Below the pieces are notes generated by a model. That model was not told the origin of the DNA. It made no database searches and saw nothing but the letters and a program-made list of their open reading frames with translations. The position numbers and the translations under genes were made by a program. A stretch of 64,000 nt of DNA from Flaccisagitta enflata (lineage: Eukaryota): positions 42,036,001-42,100,000 of the forward strand of contig OZ231126.1 of NCBI GenBank assembly GCA_965153355.1. Reading direction: 5' to 3'. Below, one piece after another: positions 27,623 through 64,000 of this stretch (position 1 is its first letter; each line of letters begins with the position of its first letter).

Positions 27623-27738
27623 TTCTCCGAAATTCGATGAAACGGAAACGAGGTCAAAACTCAAAAGCATGGATAAAAAAAGCCGAAATGACGACCAACC
27701 ACAGGGTCAACAAAACAACTTGATGGAAACCTCGTTTT

Positions 27739-27842
<104 letters not shown>

Positions 27843-28622
27843 GAGAGAGAGAGAGAGACAGAGAGAGAGAGAAAGAGAAAGACAGAGAGACAGATACAGA
27901 GACAGAAAGACAGAGACAGTGACAGAAAGACAGACAGGAAGACAGATAAAGAAAGACAGAGAGAGATAGACAGAGACAAAGGGACCCTCATAGAGACAGA
28001 CAGCGGGACAGACAGAAGGACAGGCCAAGGGACAGAGACAGAAAGAGAAACAAAGGAACAGAATGAAAAGAACATTTAATCAACATTCGATTAGATGAAC
28101 GGCATGCTCTCTGGGATTTCTCTCACCTACCCCCCCTATACTTTCTCCTCACCATTCTCCACCACTTCCCCCTTTCAAGACTAACCATCGCGATTAGCGA
28201 CGTGATATATCATGTTTTATCCTCTGTTCTCCCGTACAACAGTTGAAATGCAGCGCGAAATGAGGGAGTGAAGAAACACCCGTCGTCGTACCATGGAATG
28301 TGAGTGGGAGAGCAAACGGAATACGGAATAAGCCGATAACGGATTCCGATTTCGATCAGCGGCGCGGCGCGGCGCGGCGCGGCACAGCTAAGGTGGAGTA
28401 GGTGGAGTAACAAGTGGCACTGTGAAAAAGAAGGTGATGGAGTTAAAGCAGCCTGATGGAGGAGAAAGTTAGGTGGCGGAAGGGAAGGCATCAAGGCGGA
28501 AGGGAGAGCAGCATGGCGGGGGAGTCTGTCTTTCTTTCATTTTTAACTTTCTTTCGTTGTTTCTTTCAAACACAGAAGCTCTGTATCAATTTGAATAGAT
28601 GTTTCTTAATTTCTTTCTTATT

Positions 28623-28673
<51 letters not shown>

Positions 28674-28674
28674 C

Positions 28675-28725
<51 letters not shown>

Positions 28726-29768
28726 CTCTTTCATTTTTAACTTTCTTTCGTTGTCTCTTTAAAACACAGCAGCTTTGTACCAGTAATGGTGATTGTCGCC
28801 GTGAGGAAAAAAGTCATAAGCATTAGTCACTTTTCACCAAGCTTTCGTTTTCAGTCACTGCAAATTTTTGTATCTGGTGCTCAAACGCAATGAAAATGTT
28901 CATTCATCTATTGCATTTAAATCCCTTTTAAACTTTCAAATGTCTGTCATTCGCACGCGTGACAGGTTTTTCGTGGGTCAAGCGTAGTGGCGTCCCGTCA
29001 AGCTTCCATTTTTGCAGCGGCCAACGTTGACTATGAAGCGTTTTTAGTGCGGACACGTCCGTCCGTCCGTCCGTCCGTCCGTCCGTTACGCCTCTTCTTA
29101 TATTACTTAGATGACGCATCGAGTTGCCCGCCTCGGCTTGTTCGCATTACTGCTCCTGCCAAACCGTCCGCGACTGGATTGCCGTGTACATCCGGCCTTA
29201 TTTTTTCTCTCTTTTATACGTTTTTTTTCGTCATCTCTATCCAAAAAATTGTGCAGAAAAATGGACAGTTGGACGGACGCAGCGAATGTCCAACCAACAT
29301 CATCGTTGACGTTATCGTATACCCTTGATCTGTTTCTAAAGCGTTTCGAAAATATTTGTATTTGGCAACTCAACAGCTCCAGGGCGCTCTTCACGGGGTG
29401 AATCTTAAATGTTGCCTGAACTTTAAGAAGATTATATTCTATATATTTTATTCATTTTTTCTTTTGTCGCTCCTTGAATCCGTCCGTCCGTTCGTCCGTC
29501 GGTCTGTTACGCCTCCTGAAAAATCGCGTCTCTCAACTGTTTTTGGCGAGATCCGATACTGAACTTAACCATCGATACACACATATTTCTTAGTAGCTCC
29601 TTTGACTCTTTTGTCAGATATCCAGGCAGTTTGTTTGTCGTTGCGTGGCGCCCAATCGCGCGTCCAAAGACCCCGCTCAACTAACTCTTACGCGCGCGCG
29701 AACACCGTACAAACACTATAAAAAAAGGCAGTTAATTTATGGCTAAGATAAATGCTACTCGTACGCAT

Positions 29769-29875
<107 letters not shown>

Positions 29876-30361
29876 TGAGAGCGGGCGCGTAGAACGTCTG
29901 GGGAACGACTATTTGCTTTCTAATTTAGCACAAGCGCAGACTGGTACCACCACGACAATTTAGTGGAACATGCGCTCTCACTAAAAGTCTCAATGCATCC
30001 CGTTTTGCTTTAACTCTGCCCTTTAGAACTGCGCTTGAGTGATTTTGTTCGGAATGGGATGGAAGACCAAAATTGTCTCTCCCATTCTCTCTGCTGCTAT
30101 GTTCTATGGTCATTAGCGTCATCGTTCAACCAAAACGAGACATGAGAAAAACAAAATACAAGACGATAACCTTTCAATTTAAGAGCGCTTCGACGCCGCT
30201 CGTTCAATCTAGTTCCGATACTTTCATGTCGGTCGTTGAACGGGGTTTGTGGCTTTAAGAATCAAGCAGCAAACGGGTTTAAAAGCCCCAAATACAGTAT
30301 GTAACGCGGGGTTACAACATCGCCACGGGTTGAGAGGTGTACGGTCACTCAGAGTCTCGGT

Positions 30362-30487
<126 letters not shown>

Positions 30488-32225
30488 TCCCCGTAAAACG
30501 GTGGGTTGATAAATGAACCATCGGCTCTGGACAAGGGAAGCGATGACGTGGAACGGTAAAGATAAGCGGTTCTGCCCCCACCCCCCCCCCCTTCCTCCCT
30601 TCAAAAAAAGAGAAAAAGTTGCTCTGGGCCAAGTGAAGAAAAAAAAAGCTGTCCCAGGCATTGGCGCCAAAATAGGCGCAGCAACTTTTGGGAGCCTGAA
30701 ATAGATTCCTTTCTCTTTTAGCTTTTCTTTACTGAGACGATTTTTTTCATTCAAAGTTTTTCTTCTTTATTTTCCTTTCCTTTTTAGGTGCACCAATGCA
30801 CCTCCATAACTGGCTGTGTCTGTCGGTTGGTTGGTCGGTAACGCTAACATGTGACAATCCACAAGGCACATCATATTGGCTCACTTGGTCTTGTTTTTCA
30901 GCCTTGTTTTAAGATGCGTCTACGAATCTCGAGAAGAGGCTTTGTTGGTCCATAAATCCGGCCAAACATTCATATGTTAGGCCCTTATCAAAAATGGTTT
31001 GAAGGTGCTTTTTGTAGGTCAGTCATCTTTAATTGTAACATTTGTTTGTCATTTTATGTATATTGGTCCACATTATACTAATGAGGTATAAAGTCAAGCT
31101 GATAATTTTGTCAGGTAAGTATTTTGTTAAGGATAGTTGTGAAGTAAACACCATTGAAAGCTTGCAAAACTTTCATCCTTTGTACAATAGAGAATTCTAG
31201 CCTTCCTTGTAAAGGCAATGCTGTTTCAACTTTTATGTGATAAAATCATATTGCATCAGACCAGCTAGTGATGTTGATCACAGGATATGGACACATCGTC
31301 GTTCCCCCTGTTCCTTGTTGCTTCCTTTATGCAAAAGAGCAGAAAAGTCATTTGTCTTCTCCCTTCTTGGCGCCTGCCATTTGTTGTAAGCGCGTTTTGC
31401 GACACTTTCTCTTTGACTGTCGTCTTGACTGTGTGGAAGCCATTGTCTGCTAATGTTAGGAATTGTTCGTCTGTCTCAGCTTCTATCTCTAGCCTTTTGT
31501 CTGACTTTACCTGACTCTTGTCTGTCCTTTTTGTGTTCCACGATAGTGGAACACTAAATATTGGGAGTTTCTCCGTCTGTGTGTACCTATGAAAGTTGGA
31601 CAACATTACTACTCAACCCACTTTACTTAAGGATGAGAGCCTTTGGAGCTCTCACTGGTGTTTAATCCGGACCCATCACAACTATCCTTAGTAGTCAAAA
31701 TAACTAAGTCTATCTTATCATTATCATGAAATAATATAAGACAACAATCCAACCAGAAAGAAAAGATCCATAATTTTAACCTGTTTGCTACAAGTGCCAT
31801 TGACATGAAAGAGTACCAGATGATTGTGCTGAACTGTGGAGGCGTAGTCCCTCACATCCATCTGATCTTCCCATTGTAAAAGGTTCATGCAACCCACAAC
31901 CTAAAATCAAAACCCTTTCCACTGAATGAGACCATTCCCTCAAACATTCCATGTCAACCCAAAAAAAAAAAATGCAAAGTAGTTAACACATCCCTATTAT
32001 TTATAGCAAACAAATTACCAAATGATGATATAGCTATCCTAGGATAATCTAGATCTCAAAGGCAATGTTGTTAAAAACCATACCATTAGAGGCAAGAATC
32101 GAGAATCAACCATATGGGACCGCCGGCATTCTATACCATGGTACTGAAATATATGAAAGTTGGACAACATTACTACTCAACCCACTTTACTTAAGGATGA
32201 GAGCCTTTGGAGCTCTCACTGGTGT

Positions 32226-33360
32226 CACGCAACCTAATTTTCTCCAATGTATGTCACACAGCCCAGAATTCTCCGATATATGTCACACCACCCAGTTTTC
32301 TCCGATGTATGTCACACAGTCCAGAATTCTCCGATATATGTCACACCACACAGTTTTCTCCGATGTATGTCACACAGTCCAGAATTCTCTGATGTATGTC
32401 ACAGCACCCAGTTTTCTCCGATGTATGTCACAGAGTTTAGAATTTTCCGATGTATGTCACATAGAACAGAATTCTCCGATGTATGTCACACCACCCAGTT
32501 TTCTCCAATGTATGTCACACAGTCCAGAATTCTCTGATGTATGTCACACCACCCAGTTTTTTTTTTTATGTATGTCACACAGCCCAAAATTCTCCGATGT
32601 ATGTCACACCACCCAGTTTTCTCCAATGTATGTCACACAGCCCAGAATTCTCCAATGTATGTCACACAGCCCAGATTTTTCCAATGTATATCACACCACC
32701 CAGTTTTCTCTGGTGTATGTCACACAGCCCAGAATTCTCCGATGTATGTCACACCACCCAGTTTTCTCCGATGTATGTCACACAGACCAGAATTCTCCAA
32801 TGTATGTCACATCACCCAGTTTTCTCCGATGTATGTCACACAGCCCAGAATTCTCTGATGTATGTCACACCACCCAGTTTTCTCCGATGTATGTCACAAA
32901 GCCCAGAATTCTCCGATGTATGTCACACCACCTAGTTTTCTCCGATGTATGTCACACAGTCAAGAATTCTCCGATGTATGTCACACCACTCAGTTTTCTC
33001 ACACAGCCCTAAATTTTATAATGTATGTCACATCACCCAGTTTTCTTCAATGTATGTCATACAGCCGAGCATTCTCCAATGTATGTCACAACACCCAGTT
33101 TTCTCCAATGTATGTCACACCACCCAGTTTTCTCCTATGTATGTCACAAAGCCCAGAATCCTCCAATGTATGTCACACCACCCAGTTTTCTCCAATGTAT
33201 GTCACACAGCCCAGAAATCTCCGATGTATGTCACACAGCCAATGTATGTCACACAGCCCTGTATTCTTTGATGTATATCATACCACCTAGTTTGTTCTTA
33301 TGTATGTCACACAGCCCTGTATTTTACAATGTATGTCACACAACCCCGCTTTCTCCACAC
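32226..33360. repeat. Satellite of mostly alternating 29-bp A/B monomers (58-bp dimer)
   Basis: ATGTATGTCACACAGCCCAGAATTCTCCG alternates with ATGTATGTCACACCACCCAGTTTTCTCCG. Confidence 0.92.
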
Positions 33361-33605
33361 ACATACACACACTTATGACGCACTGAAAATTACCATAGAA
33401 TTTGCTACCCGAGCTAGATAAATCATGAAATTTATAAAATGAAATTTAATGATAATTTTTGTTTTTATGTTTTCAATTAAACTGTCAACAGCCATATTTT
33501 GCATGAATTGACTTACATATGCCAGTTTAAAACTCCAATTCTTTAATTTTGAGCTAAAAAAATATGCGAAATACAATAAAAAATTTCTTTTGTCGATTTA
33601 CCATG

Positions 33606-33754
33606 GCTCATTGAAAATTTTAAATTTGCATAGAAAATCAAAATATCAACAAAACAAGAACATAGCGCGATTCCTATAACATATGCTGAGGGCGCTATGT
33701 TCTTATTTTAATGATATTTGGATTTTTTATGCAAATTTAAAATTTTCAATGAGC
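33606..33754. repeat. Imperfect inverted repeat (~63 bp arms), probably internal to a DNA transposon
   Basis: GCTCATTGAAAATTTTAAATTTGCAT...ATGCAAATTTAAAATTTTCAATGAGC. Confidence 0.75.
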
Positions 33755-33995
33755 AGTTACTGAAATGATTGTCATCATTTTTTCCACTTTTCAGTCTCAT
33801 TAGAATCGAATTTCCTTAAATCTTTTTGCATTTTTGTCATTGGACAGTGACAGTTCGATTTCCTCATGGAAGTTTATACATTTCAATACAAAAAAATAAA
33901 CACAAGCATTGACGTAAGCAAAAGTAGTGAAGTGAATGGTAACTTTGTCCTCTGGGTAAATTCCTCTTACTTTAATTTCAGTGCGTCTTATGCAC

Positions 33996-34078
<83 letters not shown>

Positions 34079-34079
34079 C

Positions 34080-34285
34080 AGGCGACAGTGGGACTGCCCA
34101 TAGACGGCAGTGGGACCACCCACAGGTGACAGTGGGACCACCCACAGGCGGCAGGGGGGCCGCCCACAGGCGGTAGTGGGACCTCCCACAGGCGGCAGTG
34201 GGACCGCCCACAGGCGGAAGTGAGTCCGCCCATAGGCGGCAGTGAGGTCGCCCATGGATGGTAGTTAGGCCGCCCACACGCGGCC
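34080..34285. repeat. GC-rich 22-bp minisatellite
   Basis: GGCGGCAGTGGGACCGCCCACA-like units. Confidence 0.85.
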
Positions 34286-34321
34286 ATTATCTACAACTCA
34301 GATTTGTCTGGTTATTATTAA

Positions 34322-34924
34322 CTATGGCAAAAATAAAAAAGACAGTGATTTTCAAAGTGGCACTACAAGGCCATTTTTTGGAATAACTTCAAATCCTTTT
34401 AGGTGGTAGTAGTATGACAAATTCGTGATTCAGCTAAAAAATCAGAACTCAAAAAAGTTGATTTTTGTGGCTGTAGCGACAATTTTTGCATAATTTGTCA
34501 AATGATGATTCGCCGATGGCATATGATTGTCACTTGACATACAATTGTAACTGCAAGCTTATTTCTTTAAGCAGCATCCAAAATCTTCTCAGGCGTTCAT
34601 AGTTAGTTCATTTTGTGACTCAGCAAAAAAATCAGAACTCAAAAAAGTTCATTTTTGTACCTGTAGCATCAATTTTTGTAAAAGTTTTCAAAATGAATTT
34701 TCTAAAAGTTGTAAATATGGAGTTTTTTTTCCTTTCATTAATTTCTGATGTTTTTTCACAAAAAATGATGCTACGGGCTCAAAAATTAACTTTTTAGAGT
34801 GCTGATTTTTTTGCTGAGTAGGTAATTTGATTTACTATTACTACCTAAAAGGATTTTAACCAGATCAAAAAAATGAGTGCGTAGGAGTATATTAAAATTA
34901 CTGTCTTTTTTTTCTTTGCCATGG
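34322..34924. mobile_element. MITE
   Basis: Imperfect TIRs ATGGCAAAAA..AAAAGACAGT / ACTGTCTTTT..TTTGCCAT. Confidence 0.6.
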
Positions 34925-35251
34925 TTATTAGATTTGTGTTATGAATTATTGCCTTTCTTTTTCACGCCAAAACAAGTTTTCGTGGAACACAAAATGGCGA
35001 ACGCCACTAGTTTTTTTACTTTTTAATCTCGTGGGCGTGTGTCTGCATCTGTCCGAGGCTAATATGATTATTTCTATTTGCCTCTGTTTTTATTTGTTTG
35101 ATGTATTGTTTTTGTTTGTCTGTATTTCACTCTCATAATTTGTATAGATCTGTCTTTTTGTTTTTCAGTCTTTCTACCAGTCAGTCTGTCTGACTTCCTG
35201 CTTGTCGGTCTGTTGATGTCTATTTTTCCGTCTGTCTGTTTCTCACTCTCT

Positions 35252-35357
<106 letters not shown>

Positions 35358-37343
35358 CTACTTCCCTCCGTATCAGTCAGTTTAGCCTCAGCATAGAAAT
35401 TGCGAATTAAGCGACGAAGAATTGGCCATTCACTTTGTATCTCTCATGGAGGAAAATTTCCAGTGGAAATAGTGGAAAGTGGAAAACCACTAGAAACCAA
35501 GCAAGGAATAATTGATAGCTCAAAGACAATCATTCCGTGCAATTTGAAAACATCTTGGCTAGAGTCAGACTTTGATTAAAAATGGATTTTTTAGTTGCGC
35601 CAAATCACCTCTATAAGTCATGGTGTACAGGAACAAGAAATTTTGGTTTCATTATACTTTTTGTTTATGATATAGATTTAAATTAAAAAAATATCATTGG
35701 GATTTCAGTAGAATAATTTTGATATAAAGCATAAAATGTCTTAACAATGTTTTCAAATCCAGAATACCCATTATAGTTTCAAAACAATCAGAAATAAGAA
35801 TTGAATGTTTGAATTCCTTTGAAAAATAATGAACAAAATTTAACAAGGTTGTTAGGTGAAATTATATCACGGCCTCAGTACACAAAATTTTGCATTTTTA
35901 AGAACATGGCCCTTTTTTTATATGTTTTTAAAAAAAGGCCATGTTTTTAGAAATGCAAATTTTTTTATTTCTATGCAATGATATAATTTCACCTAACAGG
36001 AGTGAGATAACAAAGTATGATTTTCTTTAAAAAATCTTCTTTTTTCGACCTTTTTTCAATATATTATTTATATCAAATCTGTATTTCAGAGATTGTCTAT
36101 GCAAAAAATTAATGTTTAACACTTTGAAAATGTTTTTTCCTTAAAAAAAAAATCATAAAAGAACAACATTAAAAATTTCTAAAAAATTGTAATGACGCAT
36201 GAAATTTCTTCTTCCCGTACACTGCGTCATAACTGGCTGTTTGCGTCGGTCTGTCTGTCGGTAACGCACTTTACTGGCCTACTTGGCCTTGTTAAGTGCG
36301 ACGGTTGGTTGGTCAATTGGTCGAACGGTAACACCTTCGTTCGACGATTCACACAGCGCACATATTGGCCTACTCGGCATTGTTCGATACAGTTTCGGTC
36401 TAGCCAGCGCCCAGCAGGCATCTTCCATCAGTCTATCAATTGATGGAAGGTATTCAGCGTGGTTCTTCACTCACTACACAAAGATTGATAAGTTAGAATA
36501 GTTAATTTAACAATCCGTAGGCCCGAATGGAGTTTCACCGTTGACCAAAAGAGATCTTGAAATCTTCGCTTCCCCCCCCCCTCCCCCCTTTCAACGCATT
36601 GAATCTATGCTTTTCTTCTTCTTTTTGTTCTTCTTTTTGTTAGAATCTCAAATACTCTTTGATATGGTCCCCACGTCAATTCTTTGTTTTCTCTTAGCCC
36701 TTCTTTAAAGCGAATCTTCTCAATCTGTTTTCTCTTAGCAAACACTGAAAATCGTTCTCATTGTGGAATTTTCATGCAAATATTTGCGTCGGTCCATCTG
36801 CCAGTCAGGCATTATCACTCTGTCCCGGTATTGCTATCCAGCGACCAGTAATAAGTTTCATACGTTTTTAACAACGCAAGAGGTAGAGTGAAACACATCG
36901 ACGATTTATGTAAAGCAAAAAAGGTAACACGAATAATTAATAGGCTTTTAGATGCATCCTGACATCTCTACAAGTGGCTCTGTCCATCTGTCCATCCGTC
37001 CGTTAATACGTCAGTATGTCCGTCCGTATGTCCATTACGCCAGTACGAAAAAAAACACATTTCTTAGTACGTGTTTTGTGAGGCTCCTTTGATTGTTTTG
37101 TCAAAGATTTGAATGGGCTTTCTGTCCAACCATCCATATCTCTTCCAACTTAGTTCCACGTATCTAGCACACCCAGCACGAAATTCACTTTACGCACAGA
37201 CACAGTCAGGACGCGTCGTTGCCGGATCGGACTTGTATTTCGATTAATTCGTGAGCAAGTTGTAGAACATATACCAATACATACGTTAATGAATATTTGT
37301 TATTGCATGGAATAAATGCACAATAGCATTGATACTTATTTAA

Positions 37344-59438
<22,095 letters not shown>

Positions 59439-60250
59439 CGTCGACAGGATGAGTTTGTTTTTTTGCACCGTGTGACTCGCTTATACTAGCATTTAAGGAC
59501 AAACATTATCATTACCATTATCATTATCATAATCATTTTAAAGCGGACAAGACTGGTAAGTGGTAAGCCTACATGAAGCAAGGTGAAAACAATAAACGAG
59601 CCCGACCGGGCGAGGTCATAGAGGAGATGCGATGACGATTTCGTTTAAACAATGTCGTAGAGCTGGGTGGGAAAAATGAGGCAAGGACGGACAGACCGAT
59701 CAGCAGCCGAAGGGAGAGAGTATTCAAGCAGAAACAAATCGGTTATCAACGTGATGGAATGAGCCAACAGCCAAGGATATGACCGGAAACGAGGAAAAAG
59801 TTGGTGGTCGGAGGATTTTTCGAATGAATGAATGAATGAATGAATGAATGAATGAATGAATGAATGAATGAATGAATGAATGAATGAATGAATGACTGAA
59901 TGAATGATTGAAAAAACGAATTTATAGATGAATGAATGAATGAATGAATAAATGAATGAATGAATGAATGAATGAATGAGTGAGTGAATGAATGAATGAA
60001 CGACACGCGCAAGACTTGAAAAAGTGAATGATCGTCGACAAAAGAAAAGCGTTTGCTTTCGCCTTCGGCTTTTAGGTTTGGTGACCATCTGGGAGTCATT
60101 TCTTTATTTCCTAGTCCAAATTCAACCATTTTTCTTAGCCAGGCTATTATGAAAATGAATTTGGCGAGTTGATGGAAGGAGGAAAAAAAGACAATCTTTT
60201 TGTGGGAGGTTTCCGCCCTTTCCATTTTCCGGCGACAAATTCAGAGGGTG

Positions 60251-60305
<55 letters not shown>

Positions 60306-60729
60306 CACAGTCACACACACAACTAACCCAAACAGTGAGATAACAAACAGACTTACAATTGGACAGAGAGCAAAAAAAAACAAACAAGACAAACCGATAT
60401 AAAGGCCAAGCAGATATATCGCCTACTGGAATGACTAGAAGATATAAAAAGAGACGCGGAGAAAAGAATTAAAAAAAAAAAACTTCAGGAAATGGAGGGG
60501 GGGGTGGAAAAGGGATAGAAAAAGAATCGACAACGGTAGACTTAACTTTGTCAATTTTCCCACTCCTTTAGAAATCCTCAAATCATCGGAAAATAATTCT
60601 TCTTCCGATTTTTCTCTCTCAAAATGGAATTGGATTTGGATTTGGGCGTCTGCCGGAAAGCAGAAAGTCTTTCTGGCTTAAAAAACAGAAACGGCGGTTG
60701 CGAGGTTTTTTCTTGAGACGGAATTTATT

Positions 60730-60920
60730 CAGGGGTGTTGATTTCTGTACCCCCCCCTGTCTTTGATTTTCATCCGAAGCCAGTTAAAGAATCCTATGAA
60801 TTTCAACTCCATCTAGAGTATATATGCAGCCTCAGATTCTTTTTCCTATCTCCAACCCCTTTGATTTTATCCCATCCGCCAGAGGGGGGGGGGGCAAGTA
60901 CTCAACTTTATTTACCCCTG
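60730..60920. mobile_element. Small MITE, possibly hAT-like
   Basis: CAGGGGT...ACCCCTG ends; imperfect AATTT-rich flanking duplication. Confidence 0.45.
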
Positions 60921-61217
60921 AATTTTTATTCAATATTCAAGTGTTCAACTCAGAAGTCGGTCCATTGTCCAATAACTTCTTATTTTTTTCGGTAAAAGAG
61001 TAGGATAAGGGGTATGTGTGGGTGGAGAGGGTCAGGAAAGAGAGGGGTGAGTTCTATGAGAATTAGGGCAGATGGAGCTATATCAGAGGTGTAACAAATG
61101 AGTTTGTGGGTGAGTTAAGAGTTACCGTATTGTATTCTCTTGTCTTGTCTTGCCTTGTCTTGTATTGTATTGTCGTAATAATAATTGATGTTGTTGTTGT
61201 TGTTGTCGTTGTTGTCG

Positions 61218-61248
<31 letters not shown>

Positions 61249-61624
61249 CCGTTCTAAATCGGTTGGAAGACTACGCGCTGCTGACGTGATGTTCTTCTCC
61301 TTCTTTTCTTCTTCTTCTTCTTTTCTTCATCTTCTTTTCTTCTTCTTCTTCTTCTTTCCTTCTTTTCTTTTCTTCTTTTTTCTTTTTCTTCTCCTTCTTT
61401 TCTTATTTTCTTTCCTTCTTCTTTTCTTTTTTTCTTCTTCTTTTCTTCTTTTCTTTTCTTCTTCTTCTCCTCTTTTCCTCTTCTTTTCTTCTTTTCTTTT
61501 CTTCTTCTCTTCTTTTTTTCTTTTCTTTTCTTCTTCTTCTCTTCTTTTCATCTCTTCTTTTCATCTCTTCTTTTCATCTTTTCTTCTTCTTCTTTTCGTC
61601 TTTTCTTCTTCTTCTTTTCTTCTT

Positions 61625-61656
<32 letters not shown>

Positions 61657-62023
61657 TTCTTCTTTTCTTCTTCTTCTTTTCTTCTTCTTCTTTCCTTCAT
61701 CTTCTTCTTCGTCTTTTCTTCTTTTCCTCTTCTTCTTCTTCTTCGTCGTTTCTTCTTTTCCTCTTCTTCTTCTTTTCTTCTTCTTTTCTTCTTCTTCTTC
61801 TTCTTCTTCTTCTTCTTCTTCTTCTTCTTCTTCTTCTTCTCCTTATTCATCTGATGTAATTCAAAATTGAGTTTGTAACGCGGACGACGACACAGAATGG
61901 TTGTAATCCAACAGTGTTACTAAGCGACATCCGAGTACGAAAATCAACATGAATGACAACTTCAACAATGATATCAACAACTTTTTCAACAACAAGAACG
62001 ACAACGACAACGACAACAATAAT

Positions 62024-62116
<93 letters not shown>

Positions 62117-62154
62117 CCTTCATCGCTCGTTTGTATATTTTGGTGCAAACTTAC

Positions 62155-62952
62155 CTTGCAGGCGGGGACCTCATCTGGCACGCTTGTCCTTTCGGCGTCA
62201 AAAGAGGGAAACATTTTCGACGACGATGACGACGACGATTCCATATCGTCGAGGAGGAATTGTGCTTAACTACGCGATGAAGGCATATCTATCCATGAAG
62301 TCGGGTCACAAAACGACGACGTTACTTTCTCCTCCGACGTCGCTAACAATGACGGAAACTCTTCTCAATGACGATGGGAAAGACTCCGATGGAGATGTTG
62401 TAGGGAACCCTTTTATGCAATGCCAATGGCGATGCAATGTAATCCAATGGCGATATTGAAAGGAGCTAACTCATTCAATGGCGAAAATGCAGGAAACGTG
62501 GGAATAAGGCAGCATATGTCGGCGATGTTGATTGCTTCATAGGCAACTTTGATGATGATGATGAAAAAAATGATGATGCTTTGGTAAAATCCTCAACTTC
62601 ATTCAGGGGCGATATTTCGGTTTCAAATCCGTTTTATGAAACGGTATCACATGATCATCATTCCACAAATGATTTGACGTTCATGAAGGGCGAAGCTGAA
62701 TGCACTGACGACACAGTTGGAGCCGCAGAATGCGCTGGCGATGCGAAGCACGTGTCGACGACGACGCTGTAAGAGCCGACGGCGCAAAAGTCACTGAAGG
62801 AGGCGCTGACGTCGCAGGAGCAAACGGTCATGTCGCCGAAGGAAGCGCTGGCGTTAGAGACGGCGCTAATTCCGATTTGATGGTGTCAGCCTTTGCGATT
62901 TCCGGTGGGCGCAAAGGCGAAGCCGAGCCACGACCACGACTCCGATCGATTC
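62155..62952 (-). pseudogene. Decayed Ser/Pro/Ala-rich coding-like exon (or non-coding exon)
   Basis: Strong acceptor TCTTCTTGTATCACAG| and donor AAG|GTAAGT; codon-like stretches broken by stops and frame changes. Confidence 0.4.
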
Positions 62953-64000
62953 CTGTGATACAAGAAGAGATTCATATTCAGTGGCGGACACGGAACTCTA
63001 TAAGAGACTGTGTCCGTCCGTCCGTCCGTCCGTCCATCCGTCCGTCCGTAACGCACGAGTCCAAAAGCGGAAAAACGAGCATTTAAGATGTTTTTTGGGT
63101 AGGTGTGTTGGTAGGGAGGCATGGGGAGTGGATGGGGGTTGGAAAACCGTTGGATGCCCCTGCCCACTCGTCCGCAACGATATTGTGACCCCGCGTCACT
63201 TGTTATTTTACGGTATGATCTATTTGTTTATCTGTTTTATGCCTATATTTGTTTGTCTGTCAGTTCGTGTCTATCTGGCTGTCTTTCCTTGTCCGAAAAT
63301 GGGTCTTTATGTCTTCCTTTACGCTGCACTCTTTTTTGTAATACTTCTTATTGTAGTGTTCAAATTGAGAAAAAAAAATAAGGCCGGATACACGGCTACC
63401 CAAATCGCGAGCGAATGGACAGAGGCAGTGATAAAAATTATCAATAAAACATTTCGGCAAAAGCCAGTGATGCAAAAACTGCCCGTAAACGGCTAAAAAG
63501 CAAAATGTTATATTACCGACCGACCAATAGTAACCAACCAACAACTAACCAACCAAACCATCGACTGACCGACCATCCAACCGCAGGACCAGTCGACCGA
63601 CGTGGCGGGTTATGGATTCACGCGCACGCCACAAATAAAAAAAAAACAAAAGGCGCAAACCGGAATTGTGACAACGGAAAGCGCTGATATCCTTTCACCT
63701 TCTCCACTCGCGTGAACAAAGTTAATAACAAAAGCCTAACGCGTAAATCATTCATTTCTTTCCAAAGACGCGTTAATTTTAAGGATATGTTCAGCCGTTG
63801 GCGATAGATCCACTTGGCTCGTCGGTCCGTTGTAACACAAGCTTAAGAGTACATTTTTGAAAGCCCCTACCCAGTAGCAGTTCATAGCAGTACTTGAATT
63901 TTTGCGAGTGAATTTTCGCGAGCTGATATTGTACTTCCAAAGTGAAGCTGTGCTTCAAAAAAAATCATTTTGGCTTTTTTATCTTAATTTGTCATGAATA

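Noticed and set aside
28242-28298. Short plus-strand exon with CAG| and |GTGAGT
   Set aside because: Stops in all frames and no supported partner exons
31265-31606. ORF with an EKLPIFSVPLSWN stretch reminiscent of a LINE ORF2 tail
   Set aside because: Too short, with no RT motifs; cannot be supported without a search
32065-33378. CRISPR-like array or repeat-protein ORFs
   Set aside because: Units are contiguous with no unique spacers and there are no cas genes; the ORFs recur in all frames because of the 29-bp period
59439-59468. GTG-initiated N-terminal extension of PLD from the ORF track
   Set aside because: Non-ATG start in a eukaryotic context; ATG 59438 precedes the first C2 strand and follows an in-frame stop

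Overview
Eukaryotic genomic DNA, probably metazoan (inferred only from the repeat landscape). It is dense in microsatellites, Helentron-type non-autonomous elements (HINE/DINE-1-like) and TIR MITEs, and most ORFs in the supplied track are microsatellite artefacts. The main feature is a complete 16-exon minus-strand gene (59438 to 37471; 2412 nt CDS, 803 aa, all 15 introns GT-AG with consistent phases). It encodes a C2-domain phospholipase D with the plant PLD alpha/beta/gamma/delta architecture (C2, two HKD motifs, terminal ...LTT) rather than the PX-PH architecture of animal PLD1/2. Other features: an orphan minus-strand gene fragment at the left end, a thrice-repeated fixed-spacing ~45 bp non-coding motif, TIR elements carrying tRNA-like cassettes, nested elements containing satellite arrays, and a decayed coding-like exon upstream of the PLD. 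All coordinates were derived by eye; repeat boundaries are approximate.
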